A DNA stretch of 34,982 bases from Octopus bimaculoides. Lineage: Eukaryota. Positions 12,917-23,662 of this stretch are shown here, piece by piece. The position numbers and the translations under genes are program-made. The stretch's first letter is position 1. Each line of letters starts with the position of its first letter. The stretch spans positions 77,804,280-77,839,261 of the forward strand of contig NC_068984.1 of assembly GCF_001194135.2 (NCBI RefSeq), written 5' to 3'. Under the pieces are notes generated by a model. It was not told the DNA's origin. It saw only the letters and a list, made by a program, of their open reading frames with translations, and ran no database searches.

Positions 12917-14847
12917 ATTATCAACCATAAACGAATGAAAAGCATAGTCGACTTCAGTGGGATTTGAACTTAGAGTGGGTTTTCCTTGAAGCAGACGTTC
13001 TCTTTTACTTTCTAGGCGCCAGTTTAGGATGAATATCTCTTTCTAACTCGCAAAACCACCAAAACTGTTATTTGCCTTCGGTATGAAATTTTTATATTAA
13101 CATTTGGTGAGCATTAAAATGCTAAAGTATGTTTTGAAATTTGTTTGTTTCTAGATTTTTTTTTTCTGTCTACCTTTCAAAATCAAAATGTCTATTATCA
13201 TAACTGTATCTGTTCTTTCTCTCTCTTTATTTTTTTCTTTTTAGTTATCAGTATTTTTTCCCACCTCATTTTTTCAAATCTTTGTTATTGCTTTTCAAAG
13301 CTGTCTATCTATGGGAGTGTAACTATCGCTACCACGTTTGAGACTAGCATATACATTTTCCAGCTTGCAGAGAAAAAAGCCATATTAAATTACGAGTAAA
13401 CAATGTTTTCAAAAATATAACATGTAAAACATGTCAAACGACAAAGTTTGTTTTCTATCTTAAGGTAAAAAGATGATTATTCGAACGAAGAACTATTTTA
13501 ATGAAAGGAAACAAAATAGAAATATTTCCAACTTCCATCGAGTAAACCATGGTAAATTCAATTTTGTTCGGAACCGTGTTGAAGTATTTACTCACTACAA
13601 AGAAAAACAATGATACTAGACGAAATGCCGCTAAGCATTTTGTACGGTGTGCTAACGACTATTGTCGGTTCACCGCTGCAGTAATAATAATAACAATAGT
13701 AATAATAATGGTTTCCAATTTTGGCACAAGGCCAGCAATTTCGAGGGAAGGGTAAGTCAATTACATCGACCCCAGTGTTTAACTGGTACTTATTTTATCG
13801 ACTCCGAAGGAATGAAAGGCAAAATCGATCTCGGCGGAATTAGTACTCAGGACTTAAAGACGGACGAAATGCCGCTGAGCATTTTGCCCGGCGTGCTAAA
13901 GATTCTGCCAGCTCACAATAAGAATAATAATAATAATAATAATAATAACAACAATAATAATAATACTATAAATAATGGTTTCAAATTTTGGCACAAGTCC
14001 AACAGCTTTAGAGAGAAATGATTCAGTACTTACTTTATCCACCCCGAAAGGATGAAAGGCAAAGTTGACCTTTCGACCAAAGCGGATGAAAGAATAACGA
14101 TAAAAATTAATAACAAGAAGACGACTTTCTTGCATTGTAAATTGGTCTCAGTTTGTTCATGTTATGTTGTTTTGTTCGTTTGTGGTTATTGTTATCTTTT
14201 CGATTATAATGACTCTAGTACATGAACGATACATATTTCATAGAAAGGTTACTTAAGTTTCATTTCGATACATTCCGATTCTATTCAGAACTAATGCAAT
14301 GTTTGACCTCTTCAACAATTCAAACCATAAACGGATGTGGGTACCGAAAAGATATCCATATTTGTTTATCCATACAGAGAAGATTAAAATAGGCGAGTAG
14401 CTTATTAAACTGGAGTGAAAAGACATATTCACATTACTATTTTGAAATACAGATACTTATGAAATAAATGGAATGGACTGGGAAATACACATAAAAACGT
14501 ACACGCACGTTAATATATTCATATGTATATTTTCATATGTAAATATATCTCGGGGTATTTCTGGTATATAAACATTATTTAATAACGTACAAATAATGAA
14601 ATTTGTGAAAGAGTTAAAAATAAGATTTATCTGTGTCTGTTTGTCTGATGATAGCAGAATTCCCCACTGGATCAGAATATATTTATCCACGCAGGGACAT
14701 CTCTTAAATTACTTCAGTTCAATGGTTTAGGGTATTTTTTTTTCAGCTGAAAATATGTGCCTTTCTGTTGCGAAAAATCCACTTTTGGTGGACATGTTCT
14801 TCCACTGGCTCTGCTTCTGGTATTGTAGTAGGTTTGTTCTTATAGTT

Positions 14848-14872
14848 TACACGCACACGCACACACACACAC

Positions 14873-14918
<46 letters not shown>

Positions 14919-15042
14919 GCATAGAATCACACGTACACAAATATGCATACACATACAAACACACACACCTACATGCACACGTGCATGCATACATACATAC
15001 ATACATACATACATATACGTATGTATTTATACATCTGTATAT
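14848..15042. repeat. Compound (CA)n/(TACA)n microsatellite running into a gap
   Basis: Read directly from the sequence. Confidence 0.95.
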
Positions 15043-16089
15043 NNNNNNNNNNNNNNNNNNNNNNNNNNNNNNNNNNNNNNNNNNNNNNNNNNNNNNNNNN
15101 NNNNNNNNNNNNNNNNNNNNNNNNNNNNNNNNNNNNNNNNNNNNNNNNNNNNNNNNNNNNNNNNNNNNNNNNNNNNNNNNNNNNNNNNNNNNNNNNNNNN
15201 NNNNNNNNNNNNNNNNNNNNNNNNNNNNNNNNNNNNNNNNNNNNNNNNNNNNNNNNNNNNNNNNNNNNNNNNNNNNNNNNNNNNNNNNNNNNNNNNNNNN
15301 NNNNNNNNNNNNNNNNNNNNNNNNNNNNNNNNNNNNNNNNNNNNNNNNNNNNNNNNNNNNNNNNNNNNNNNNNNNNNNNNNNNNNNNNNNNNNNNNNNNN
15401 NNNNNNNNNNNNNNNNNNNNNNNNNNNNNNNNNNNNNNNNNNNNNNNNNNNNNNNNNNNNNNNNNNNNNNNNNNNNNNNNNNNNNNNNNNNNNNNNNNNN
15501 NNNNNNNNNNNNNNNNNNNNNNNNNNNNNNNNNNNNNNNNNNNNNNNNNNNNNNNNNNNNNNNNNNNNNNNNNNNNNNNNNNNNNNNNNNNNNNNNNNNN
15601 NNNNNNNNNNNNNNNNNNNNNNNNNNNNNNNNNNNNNNNNNNNNNNNNNNNNNNNNNNNNNNNNNNNNNNNNNNNNNNNNNNNNNNNNNNNNNNNNNNNN
15701 NNNNNNNNNNNNNNNNNNNNNNNNNNNNNNNNNNNNNNNNNNNNNNNNNNNNNNNNNNNNNNNNNNNNNNNNNNNNNNNNNNNNNNNNNNNNNNNNNNNN
15801 NNNNNNNNNNNNNNNNNNNNNNNNNNNNNNNNNNNNNNNNNNNNNNNNNNNNNNNNNNNNNNNNNNNNNNNNNNNNNNNNNNNNNNNNNNNNNNNNNNNN
15901 NNNNNNNNNNNNNNNNNNNNNNNNNNNNNNNNNNNNNNNNNNNNNNNNNNNNNNNNNNNNNNNNNNNNNNNNNNNNNNNNNNNNNNNNNNNNNNNNNNNN
16001 NNNNNNNNNNNNNNNNNNNNNNNNNNNNNNNNNCAAACAGACACACAAGCACAAACATACATATATATATATATATATATATACATATA

Positions 16090-16174
16090 CGACGGGCTTC
16101 TTCCAGTTTCCGTCTACCAAATCCACTCACAAGGCTTTGGTCAGCCCGAGGCTATAGTAGAAGACACTTGCCCA
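16090..16174 (-). mobile_element. SINE family A partial head, cut off at the mariner fragment
   Basis: GACGGGCTTCTTCCAGTTTCCGTCTACCAAATCCACTCACAAGG...GAAGACACTTGCCCA is near-identical to 16771-16857, then switches to mariner sequence. Confidence 0.8.
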
Positions 16175-16480
16175 CCCCCTCACGGTCCACACACTTCTTT
16201 CATCGGTGTTATACAGCGCTTGGATCCCATTGATGAAGAAGCGCTCACCCTGTTACTCAAAAATGTCATCATCAGCAAATATGACGTCACCATCACTGCG
16301 ATACTGGTTCCCAGTCAAGTGTTTTTTCATGATGAGGAACAGATGATAGTCAGATGCAGTCAAATGAGAAGAGCAGTGTGGGTGATCAACCAGTTCAAAG
16401 CCACGGTCACGCACAGCAGCCATTGAAAGCAAGGAATTGTATGCTGGAGCATTGTTCTGATGAAACGACCCCACCCCCAC
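16175..16480 (-). mobile_element. C-terminal mariner transposase fragment, same family as 11820-12214
   Basis: ORF 16253-16480: FHQNNAPAYNSLLSMAAVRDRGFELVDHPHCSSHLTASDYHLF...YRSDGDV. It continues in another frame as FFINGIQAL. Confidence 0.8.
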
Positions 16481-16727
16481 TTCACTCTCTCAGTCACTTT
16501 TCATTTCGACTCTATGCTCTGAGTTCAGATCTTGCCCTGGTAAACTCTGCCCATTATCAACATTATTGATGTCACAAACTTAATGCATGTGTTTTGTTTG
16601 AATGCTTTTCAGCTGCAGTCTTTCATCCACGGAAAATCCCGTTAAGACAGTGAGTGTTAAAATAAAACACTACATCTCAAAACCGGGCGAAACGAATCGC
16701 TTTGTAGGTGAACAAGAATGGTGGATA

Positions 16728-16934
16728 CTCTCTCTTTTACTCTTTTACTTGTTTCAGTATATACATATATACGACAGGCTTCTTTCAGTTTCCGTCTACC
16801 AAATCCACTCATAAGGCTTTGGCCGGCCCGAGGCTATAGTAGAAGACACTTGCCCAAGGTGCCACGCAGTGAGAATGAACCCGGAACCTTGTGGTTGGTA
16901 ATCAAGCTACTTACCACACAGCCACTCCTGCGCC
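16728..16934 (-). mobile_element. SINE family A, intact head fused directly to the extreme 3' tail (internally deleted)
   Basis: Minus strand reads GGCGCAGGAGTGGCTGTGTGGTAAG...GGGTTCATTCTC...CCTTGGGCAAGTGTCTT...GAAGCCTGTCGTATATATG, then ACTGAAACAAGTAAAAGAGTAAAAGAG. Confidence 0.85.
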
Positions 16935-17094
16935 TATATTGATATTTCGCTATTATTTCAGCTCATCTGCACCGTAGACTTGAGAAACTCTCGAAACGAT
17001 AATATATGATTTGTACGACTTTGATTGCTTTTATAGCAGATTGAGTCACTGCATAAATCTTTCCTTATCAGCCAATGTGGTTTTACTGTTTTAT

Positions 17095-17290
17095 TGTTAT
17101 TAAGCTCTAGGTCGGCTCCAATCGTGAAGGTACAGTGTGAGTGGGTGAGGAGGGCAGGCGTTAGAATTTATGTTTGCCCCCCTCCATACTTCAGCATGGA
17201 CCTTGTGGGTGCATGATCAAAGAACTCTAACCATAACCAGCCCATATTATTTTCAATGTATCTAGGATTACATTACTCGATGCAATCCAA
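17095..17290. repeat. Interspersed repeat family D copy (interrupted)
   Basis: AAGCTCTAGGTCGGCTCCAATCG...ATGATCAAAGAACTCTAACCATAACC...TGTATCTAGGATTACATTA. Confidence 0.5.
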
Positions 17291-17342
17291 GAAAGAAGAA
17301 GAAGAAGAAGAAGAAGAAGAAGAAGAAGAAGAAGAAGAAGAA
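17290..17342. repeat. (GAA)n microsatellite
   Basis: Read directly from the sequence. Confidence 0.97.
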
Positions 17343-18429
17343 CTTGGTTTTTATAAATATATCGATATTTCTGAAGAATAAAGATGTTTGAGCTCAGCTC
17401 GAAAAGAGCCGGCACGAATGCCTCAAAATATTTTAATTCAGGAATTTACGAAAGTGTGTTGTAATGATGATTAGTAGATGGTCCGATGATATTTCAAGAA
17501 TCATTTTCTTGATGGTTGTGTTGGGTGCCTAAAGCAGAAGGCGATGTCTGGGAAAGAGTTATTGAAGCTGGTTTGATGTGATACGAATATGTTTGTATTG
17601 GCGTGCATTGCTTAGGATATAAAGGCTGTTAAGTTGTGGTACTTTTCAGTTGCTTCTTTTCTTGTTTGTACTATTTAAAAGCTAGAAAGCGTTGATGGGT
17701 TTCTTGGCGGATGGTGATGTTGGGAATAGTTTGCACACAAAGATCATACATGTGCATGTGTGTGCGTGTATGTGTGTGAATGGTTATGGTTAATATGTCA
17801 TAAATGTGTATAAGTGTGCGCACGCGTGAGTTTGTGTGTATGGCTGTGTCTGCTTAAGTATATAGCTACATACATACACACACACACACACATGCACATA
17901 TAGTATAGGTATATTGCTGGACCGATAAATAAATAGATAAAAATGTGTGCATAACTGTATGTTTCTGTTGCTTGAAGCACAAATGTATTTATACATACAT
18001 ACACACACACACACGCACGCACGCACATAAACGCATATATATGTGAGTGTGTGTGAGTGTGTGTGAGTGTGTGCGCTTGTGCATGCAAGCATACATATCT
18101 ACGTATGTTTGTTTAAAAGCACCATATCATGTGTAGAAATGGTGAAGTTTAACTTTACCGAATCTGTATGTTCCCTGTCTATGACTACCTGCGTATTTAT
18201 GCATATCTGTAGGCATCTCACTTTGTATGTGTATGAGTATGTGCGTGTACATGTATGTAGGTGTAGGTGTGTTCGACCCTATGTGTTTGCTGGAACTGTT
18301 GCGAGACGTTTAGTCAAAGATGCATAAGAATAATGATAGAAAGGCCAGAAAGTCTAAAGCAATCAATGCCTTACTTAGCTCACTCACTGAACAGTTTCTA
18401 CAGAGGTCCACCGACTGAATTCTTACTTT

Positions 18430-18467
18430 CCTCTCTCTCTTTCTCTCTGTCTGCTTGCCTTCTCTCT

Positions 18468-18530
<63 letters not shown>

Positions 18531-18541
18531 ACACACACACA
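18430..18541. repeat. (CT)n-(CA)n compound microsatellite
   Basis: Read directly from the sequence. Confidence 0.95.
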
Positions 18542-19223
18542 CGTCTGTATATCTGCCTTTTATTATATTTGTCTGACTATCAATTCAGTCAATCAGTTCC
18601 ATCCTCATTTTCAATCTATCTAGTTTTCAGCCATCGACCTAACCATTGAAACGGTCATCCATTGATTCATCGATTCATTCATTGATCTATCAGTCCTATC
18701 TCTCTATCTAATAGCGTTCTATTTTTTTTTATTTTTCAGTATCTTTATATCTTCCTGTGTAAAAATATGTTCATGTACGTATGTGGATAAATACAAACGT
18801 GCATGTGTGTCTGTGTGTAGATAGTTACAAATATATTTGTTATCTATGTGTGTGGGGATGTATGTGATTTTCACTTGGTTATACCTGCTCATTGGTAGCG
18901 TTCATTTCTTTTAAGTCCAACTTCTGATAAGTCAAAAATAATCATGGGAAACCAGTCTTGTCGTTATTTGGTTCATACTAAATGGGGAACAACGTCGTTC
19001 TACGCGGCAAGGTTGAATATAAGTTTATTAACAACATACGCTTCTGAACTTATTTATTTACAATTTATACATACTCAGAGGTTGTTTCGGTATCATCAAC
19101 GATTATACATACAAGTGAATTATGATTATGTAAGTAGCTGCGAGCCATTGTTCTTTCGCATAATAGACAGAATAATTCTTGTTGATGAGCCGTTGAAACC
19201 TTGGCGAAATTCATCGAAATTCT

Positions 19224-19825
19224 GAAAGGATGCACTGAGGCACTGATATGTAGCACCCAGGAACAAGCTCTGAGAACTAACTATACCAAGTTCCAATATA
19301 TAAGATCAGTTGAATCGCCCCTTTGTTGGATGTGTGACAGCAAAATCGAAACAATCTCATATATTGTCAGTGAGTGTAGGAAACTGACACAAAAGCACTA
19401 CAGAAGAAGGCACGATAACGTGGCTAAGTTTATTCACTGGAGACTGTGTGAAAAGTACGATCTGGGCACAGCACGGAAATGGTACAAACATGAACCAAAG
19501 GACGTCACTGAAAACAATGAATATAAGATCATGTGAGATTTTACAATCCAGTGTGACTCCCTAATCGATGCTCGGAGACCAGACATTGTTGTGGTCGAGA
19601 AAAGAAAAAGGAAACGTAGATCATAGATATGGCCATACCTGAGGATGCACGCGTAGATGATAAAGATATGGAAAAGATCGAGAAATACAGACTACTAAAA
19701 GATGAAATTGCTAGAATGTGGGCAATGAGGAGAGTAGCTGTTATCTGAGTACCTGTAGGGGGTACTCAGAGCACTAACAACTAGTTTTGGCGAAATATGT
19801 CGAAGAAATTGGAATTGACATGAGG
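19224..19825 (+). mobile_element. R4/Dong-type non-LTR retrotransposon fragment 1 (post-RT region, zinc knuckle, restriction-like endonuclease)
   Basis: LKGCTEALICSTQEQALRTNY...CWMCDSKIETISYIVSEC...RRHDNVAKFIHWRLC...W*DF.IQCD...RRPDIVVV...IIDMAIP.D...KIEKY. Contains stops and frameshifts, and lacks the extreme C-terminus. Confidence 0.88.
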
Positions 19826-19826
19826 A

Positions 19827-19863
<37 letters not shown>

Positions 19864-19870
19864 GCAACAA

Positions 19871-20659
19871 CAGAAATTGCTGAAAAAATCGGTGGGATTA
19901 GATGATGAAAGGAACACTAAAAAAAGAGACGCAAGATCAAGCTCTGGCCACGAAATGGAGGGTCAACCTTAGGAATGAGCAAGTGTCTCCGCTGTGCCGC
20001 ATCTGCTATAGAGTGGAAGAAACTATTGCCAATATTACGAACGAATACCTTAGACTTGCCCCAAACCACTACAAGTTGTGACGACACAACCAGTTAGCGA
20101 AAGTGCTACATTGGAAACTGTGCGAAAAGTGGGGGCTAGAGAGAGGCAAGACGTGGTATGAGCACAAACCGTAGAGAATGGCGGAGTCGGAGACTAGCAA
20201 TATCCTCTTGCATTTCCAATCCAAACAGATCAGGTGCTAGAGCATAACAGACCAGACCTAGTGGTGGTCGACAAGATACCCCACATACGCTATATAGTTG
20301 ATGTTGCATGCCCCATTGACCCACGAATCGTCAAAAACGAAGGCGAAAAGATAGATAAATAAAACCCTCTTAAATACGAAATAGTCCGGCTATGGAAAAT
20401 GAAGACGGCGAAGATAGTGTCAATTATTGTTGGGTCCTTACGAACAGTATCAGAAGGCATCAAGGGGAATATAAAGGAAATTGGAATAGAGTGCCCAGTA
20501 GAACTGTTACAAAAGGTTTGCCTCCTTGGCACGGCCAGAATAATCAGGAAAATATTAAATAGCTGAAAAGAACTGATAGCATGGTACTGTAGGTTGCAGG
20601 TAGTAAGCCCGTTACGCATGCAAGAGTCCAGGAGTCCAACAAAACCTGTTATAATGAGA
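19871..20659 (+). mobile_element. R4/Dong-type non-LTR retrotransposon fragment 2, 5'-truncated, with C-terminus, 3'UTR and (AAT)n tail
   Basis: QDQALATK...CRIC...RHNQLAKVLHWKLCEKWG...HNRPDLVVVD...IVDVACPID...EKIDK...LQKVCLLGTARIIRKILNS* (stop 20564-20566), followed by a 3'UTR of about 95 bp and then (AAT)n. Confidence 0.9.
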
Positions 20660-20745
<86 letters not shown>

Positions 20746-20765
20746 TAATAATAATTATAATACTG

Positions 20766-20832
<67 letters not shown>

Positions 20833-20836
20833 CAAC

Positions 20837-20904
<68 letters not shown>

Positions 20905-21105
20905 TAACAACAGTAATAATAATAATAGTTAGACGAAGAAGAAGAAGAAGAAGAAGAAGAAGAAGAAGAAGAAGAAGAAGAAGAAGAAGAAGAAGAAGAA
21001 GAAGAAGAAGAAGAAGAAAAAGAAGAAGAAGAAGAAGAAAAAGAAGAAGAAGAAGAAGAAAAAGAAGAAGAAGAAGGATGGGGAGGAGGAGGAGGAGGAG
21101 GAGAA
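20660..21105. repeat. Compound (AAT)n about 270 bp, (GAA)n about 140 bp, short (GGA)n
   Basis: Read directly from the sequence. Confidence 0.98.
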
Positions 21106-21109
21106 GAAG

Positions 21110-21575
21110 CCTTTCTGCTATAGATCAAAAGGCCTGAAATTTGTGGGGAGGAGTGGGATAGTCGATTACATCGAACACAGTGCAGAACTAGTACTTATTT
21201 CACTGACCCCGAAAGCATGAAAAGCAAAGTCGACCTCAGTCGAATATGAACTCAGTCAGAAAAAAACAAAACAACGAAAGGCCGCTAAACCTTTTTTTCC
21301 ATGGGGGTAACCCATGTGCCAACTTGCCGCCTTCATAATAATGATATTAATAATAATAACCTTTTCTACTATAGGAACAAGGCCTGAAATTTTGGGGGGA
21401 GGGGTTAAGTCGATTACGTCGACTCCAGTACTTATCTGGTACTTAAATTATTGACACCGAAACAATGAAAATCAAAGTCGACCTCGTCGGAATTTGAACT
21501 CAGAACGTAAAGGCCAACGAAATGCTGCTAAGTATTTTGCCCGGCGCGATAACGATTCTACCAGCTCACCGCCTT
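21110..21575 (-). mobile_element. Two tandem family C SINE copies separated and followed by (AAT)n
   Basis: CCTTTCTGCTATAG...GCAAAGTCGACCTC (21110-21335) and CTTTTCTACTATAGG...CTCACCGCCTT (21360-21575). Same orientation as the 10.9-14.1 kb cluster. Confidence 0.85.
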
Positions 21576-22533
21576 AATCTTATTAATAATAATAATAATA
21601 ATAATAATNNNNNNNNNNNNNNNNNNNNNNNNNNNNNNNNNNNNNNNNNNNNNNNNNNNNNNNNNNNNNNNNNNNNNNNNNNNNNNNNNNNNNNNNNNNN
21701 NNNNNNNNNNNNNNNNNNNNNNNNNNNNNNNNNNNNNNNNNNNNNNNNNNNNNNNNNNNNNNNNNNNNNNNNNNNNNNNNNNNNNNNNNNNNNNNNNNNN
21801 NNNNNNNNNNNNNNNNNNNNNNNNNNNNNNNNNNNNNNNNNNNNNNNNNNNNNNNNNNNNNNNNNNNNNNNNNNNNNNNNNNNNNNNNNNNNNNNNNNNN
21901 NNNNNNNNNNNNNNNNNNNNNNNNNNNNNNNNNNNNNNNNNNNNNNNNNNNNNNNNNNNNNNNNNNNNNNNNNNNNNNNNNNNNNNNNNNNNNNNNNNNN
22001 NNNNNNNNNNNNNNNNNNNNNNNNNNNNNNNNNNNNNNNNNNNNNNNNNNNNNNNNNNNNNNNNNNNNNNNNNNNNNNNNNNNNNNNNNNNNNNNNNNNN
22101 NNNNNNNNNNNNNNNNNNNNNNNNNNNNNNNNNNNNNNNNNNNNNNNNNNNNNNNNNNNNNNNNNNNNNNNNNNNNNNNNNNNNNNNNNNNNNNNNNNNN
22201 NNNNNNNNNNNNNNNNNNNNNNNNNNNNNNNNNNNNNNNNNNNNNNNNNNNNNNNNNNNNNNNNNNNNNNNNNNNNNNNNNNNNNNNNNNNNNNNNNNNN
22301 NNNNNNNNNNNNNNNNNNNNNNNNNNNNNNNNNNNNNNNNNNNNNNNNNNNNNNNNNNNNNNNNNNNNNNNNNNNNNNNNNNNNNNNNNNNNNNNNNNNN
22401 NNNNNNNNNNNNNNNNNNNNNNNNNNNNNNNNNNNNNNNNNNNNNNNNNNNNNNNNNNNNNNNNNNNNNNNNNNNNNNNNNNNNNNNNNNNNNNNNNNNN
22501 NNNNNNNNNNNNNNNNNNNNNNNNNNNNNNNNN

Positions 22534-22572
<39 letters not shown>

Positions 22573-23201
22573 GAGAGTAAAAATCTAATTAAGCTGATAT
22601 TGTAATTAGCGATTATTCAGTTACGTGTTCTTTCATTAATCAACCATGACTGTTGGTAAAGAACGGTGCTGAACTTTATAGAACTTGGAAATGGGGATAA
22701 AGAACGATCGTAGAAACATGCACAAAAGACAATTGTCCCTTTCAAAGAAATGTCCATGGTGGTATCGAGGATAGAGCAAGGAAGACTTCTGAAGCATTCC
22801 TTGGAAGAGAAATTTCAAAAGAGTATTGGCAAAGACGAATCGTATATTAATTCTTGGTAAAGGCATATCTTAGATTAGTTCCTGTTAAAAGCACAACGTG
22901 GATTAATTCCTAAAGAAAGATGTGTTTAGCAGTAAACTTTCTAATCTAAAGCTCCTATAAAGTAAATGTGAGGTTTATATATTGAAGAAGTTGTATGCGC
23001 TGTAAAGGCGAATGTATTGTAAAGAAGGTGAATATAACGTCAGGGGTAAGCAATCGAACCAAATTCAAATGCTTTCTACAAACTGATACTGTGGTCAAAC
23101 ATATGCATGTATACGCTCTTACGCTCAATACATACATACATACATGTACATACATTTATACATACATACTTATATACATATGTACATGCATATATTTACA
23201 C

Positions 23202-23254
<53 letters not shown>

Positions 23255-23614
23255 NNNNNNNNNNNNNNNNNNNNNNNNNNNNNNNNNNNNNNNNNNNNNN
23301 NNNNNNNNNNNNNNNNNNNNNNNNNNNNNNNNNNNNNNNNNNNNNNNNNNNNNNNNNNNNNNNNNNNNNNNNNNNNNNNNNNNNNNNNNNNNNNNNNNNN
23401 NNNNNNNNNNNNNNNNNNNNNNNNNNNNNNNNNNNNNNNNNNNNNNNNNNNNNNNNNNNNNNNNNNNNNNNNNNNNNNNNNNNNNNNNNNNNNNNNNNNN
23501 NNNNNNNNNNNNNNNNNNNNNNNNNNNNNNNNNNNNNNNNNNNNNNNNNNNNNNNNNNNNNNNNNNNNNNNNNNNNNNNNNNNNNNNNNNNNNNNNNNNN
23601 NNNNNNNNNNNNNN

Positions 23615-23662
<48 letters not shown>

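Larger units (their letters stand above)
10860..14080 (-). mobile_element. Cluster of about 10 same-orientation copies or fragments of tRNA-derived SINE family C
   Basis: Recurrent plus-strand core GGTACTTATTTTATCGAC...GATGAAAGGCAAAGTCGACCTCGGCGGAATTTGAACTC at about 10860-11030, 11043-11189, 11210-11417, 11418-11620, 11628-11810, 12283-12430, 12455-12975 (interrupted), 13615-13680, 13708-13915 and 13975-14080. Minus-strand reading gives an A-box-like TGGCAGAATC and a B-box-like GAGTTCAAATTCC, with an (ATT)n tail. Confidence 0.8.

Noticed and set aside
10860-14080. Recurrent repeat units superficially like a CRISPR-type array
   Set aside because: Units are about 200 bp, divergent, irregularly spaced and dispersed elsewhere. 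The context is eukaryotic with no cas genes.
17430-17725. Possible Penelope GIY-YIG relic on the minus strand
   Set aside because: No GIY or YIG motif could be read, and the resemblance is only compositional.
20594-21137. Poly-N, poly-R and poly-Y/S ORFs
   Set aside because: They are (AAT)n and (GAA)n microsatellites.
22636-22866. Unique-looking segment with short open frames on both strands
   Set aside because: No motif was recognised and every plus-strand frame is interrupted.
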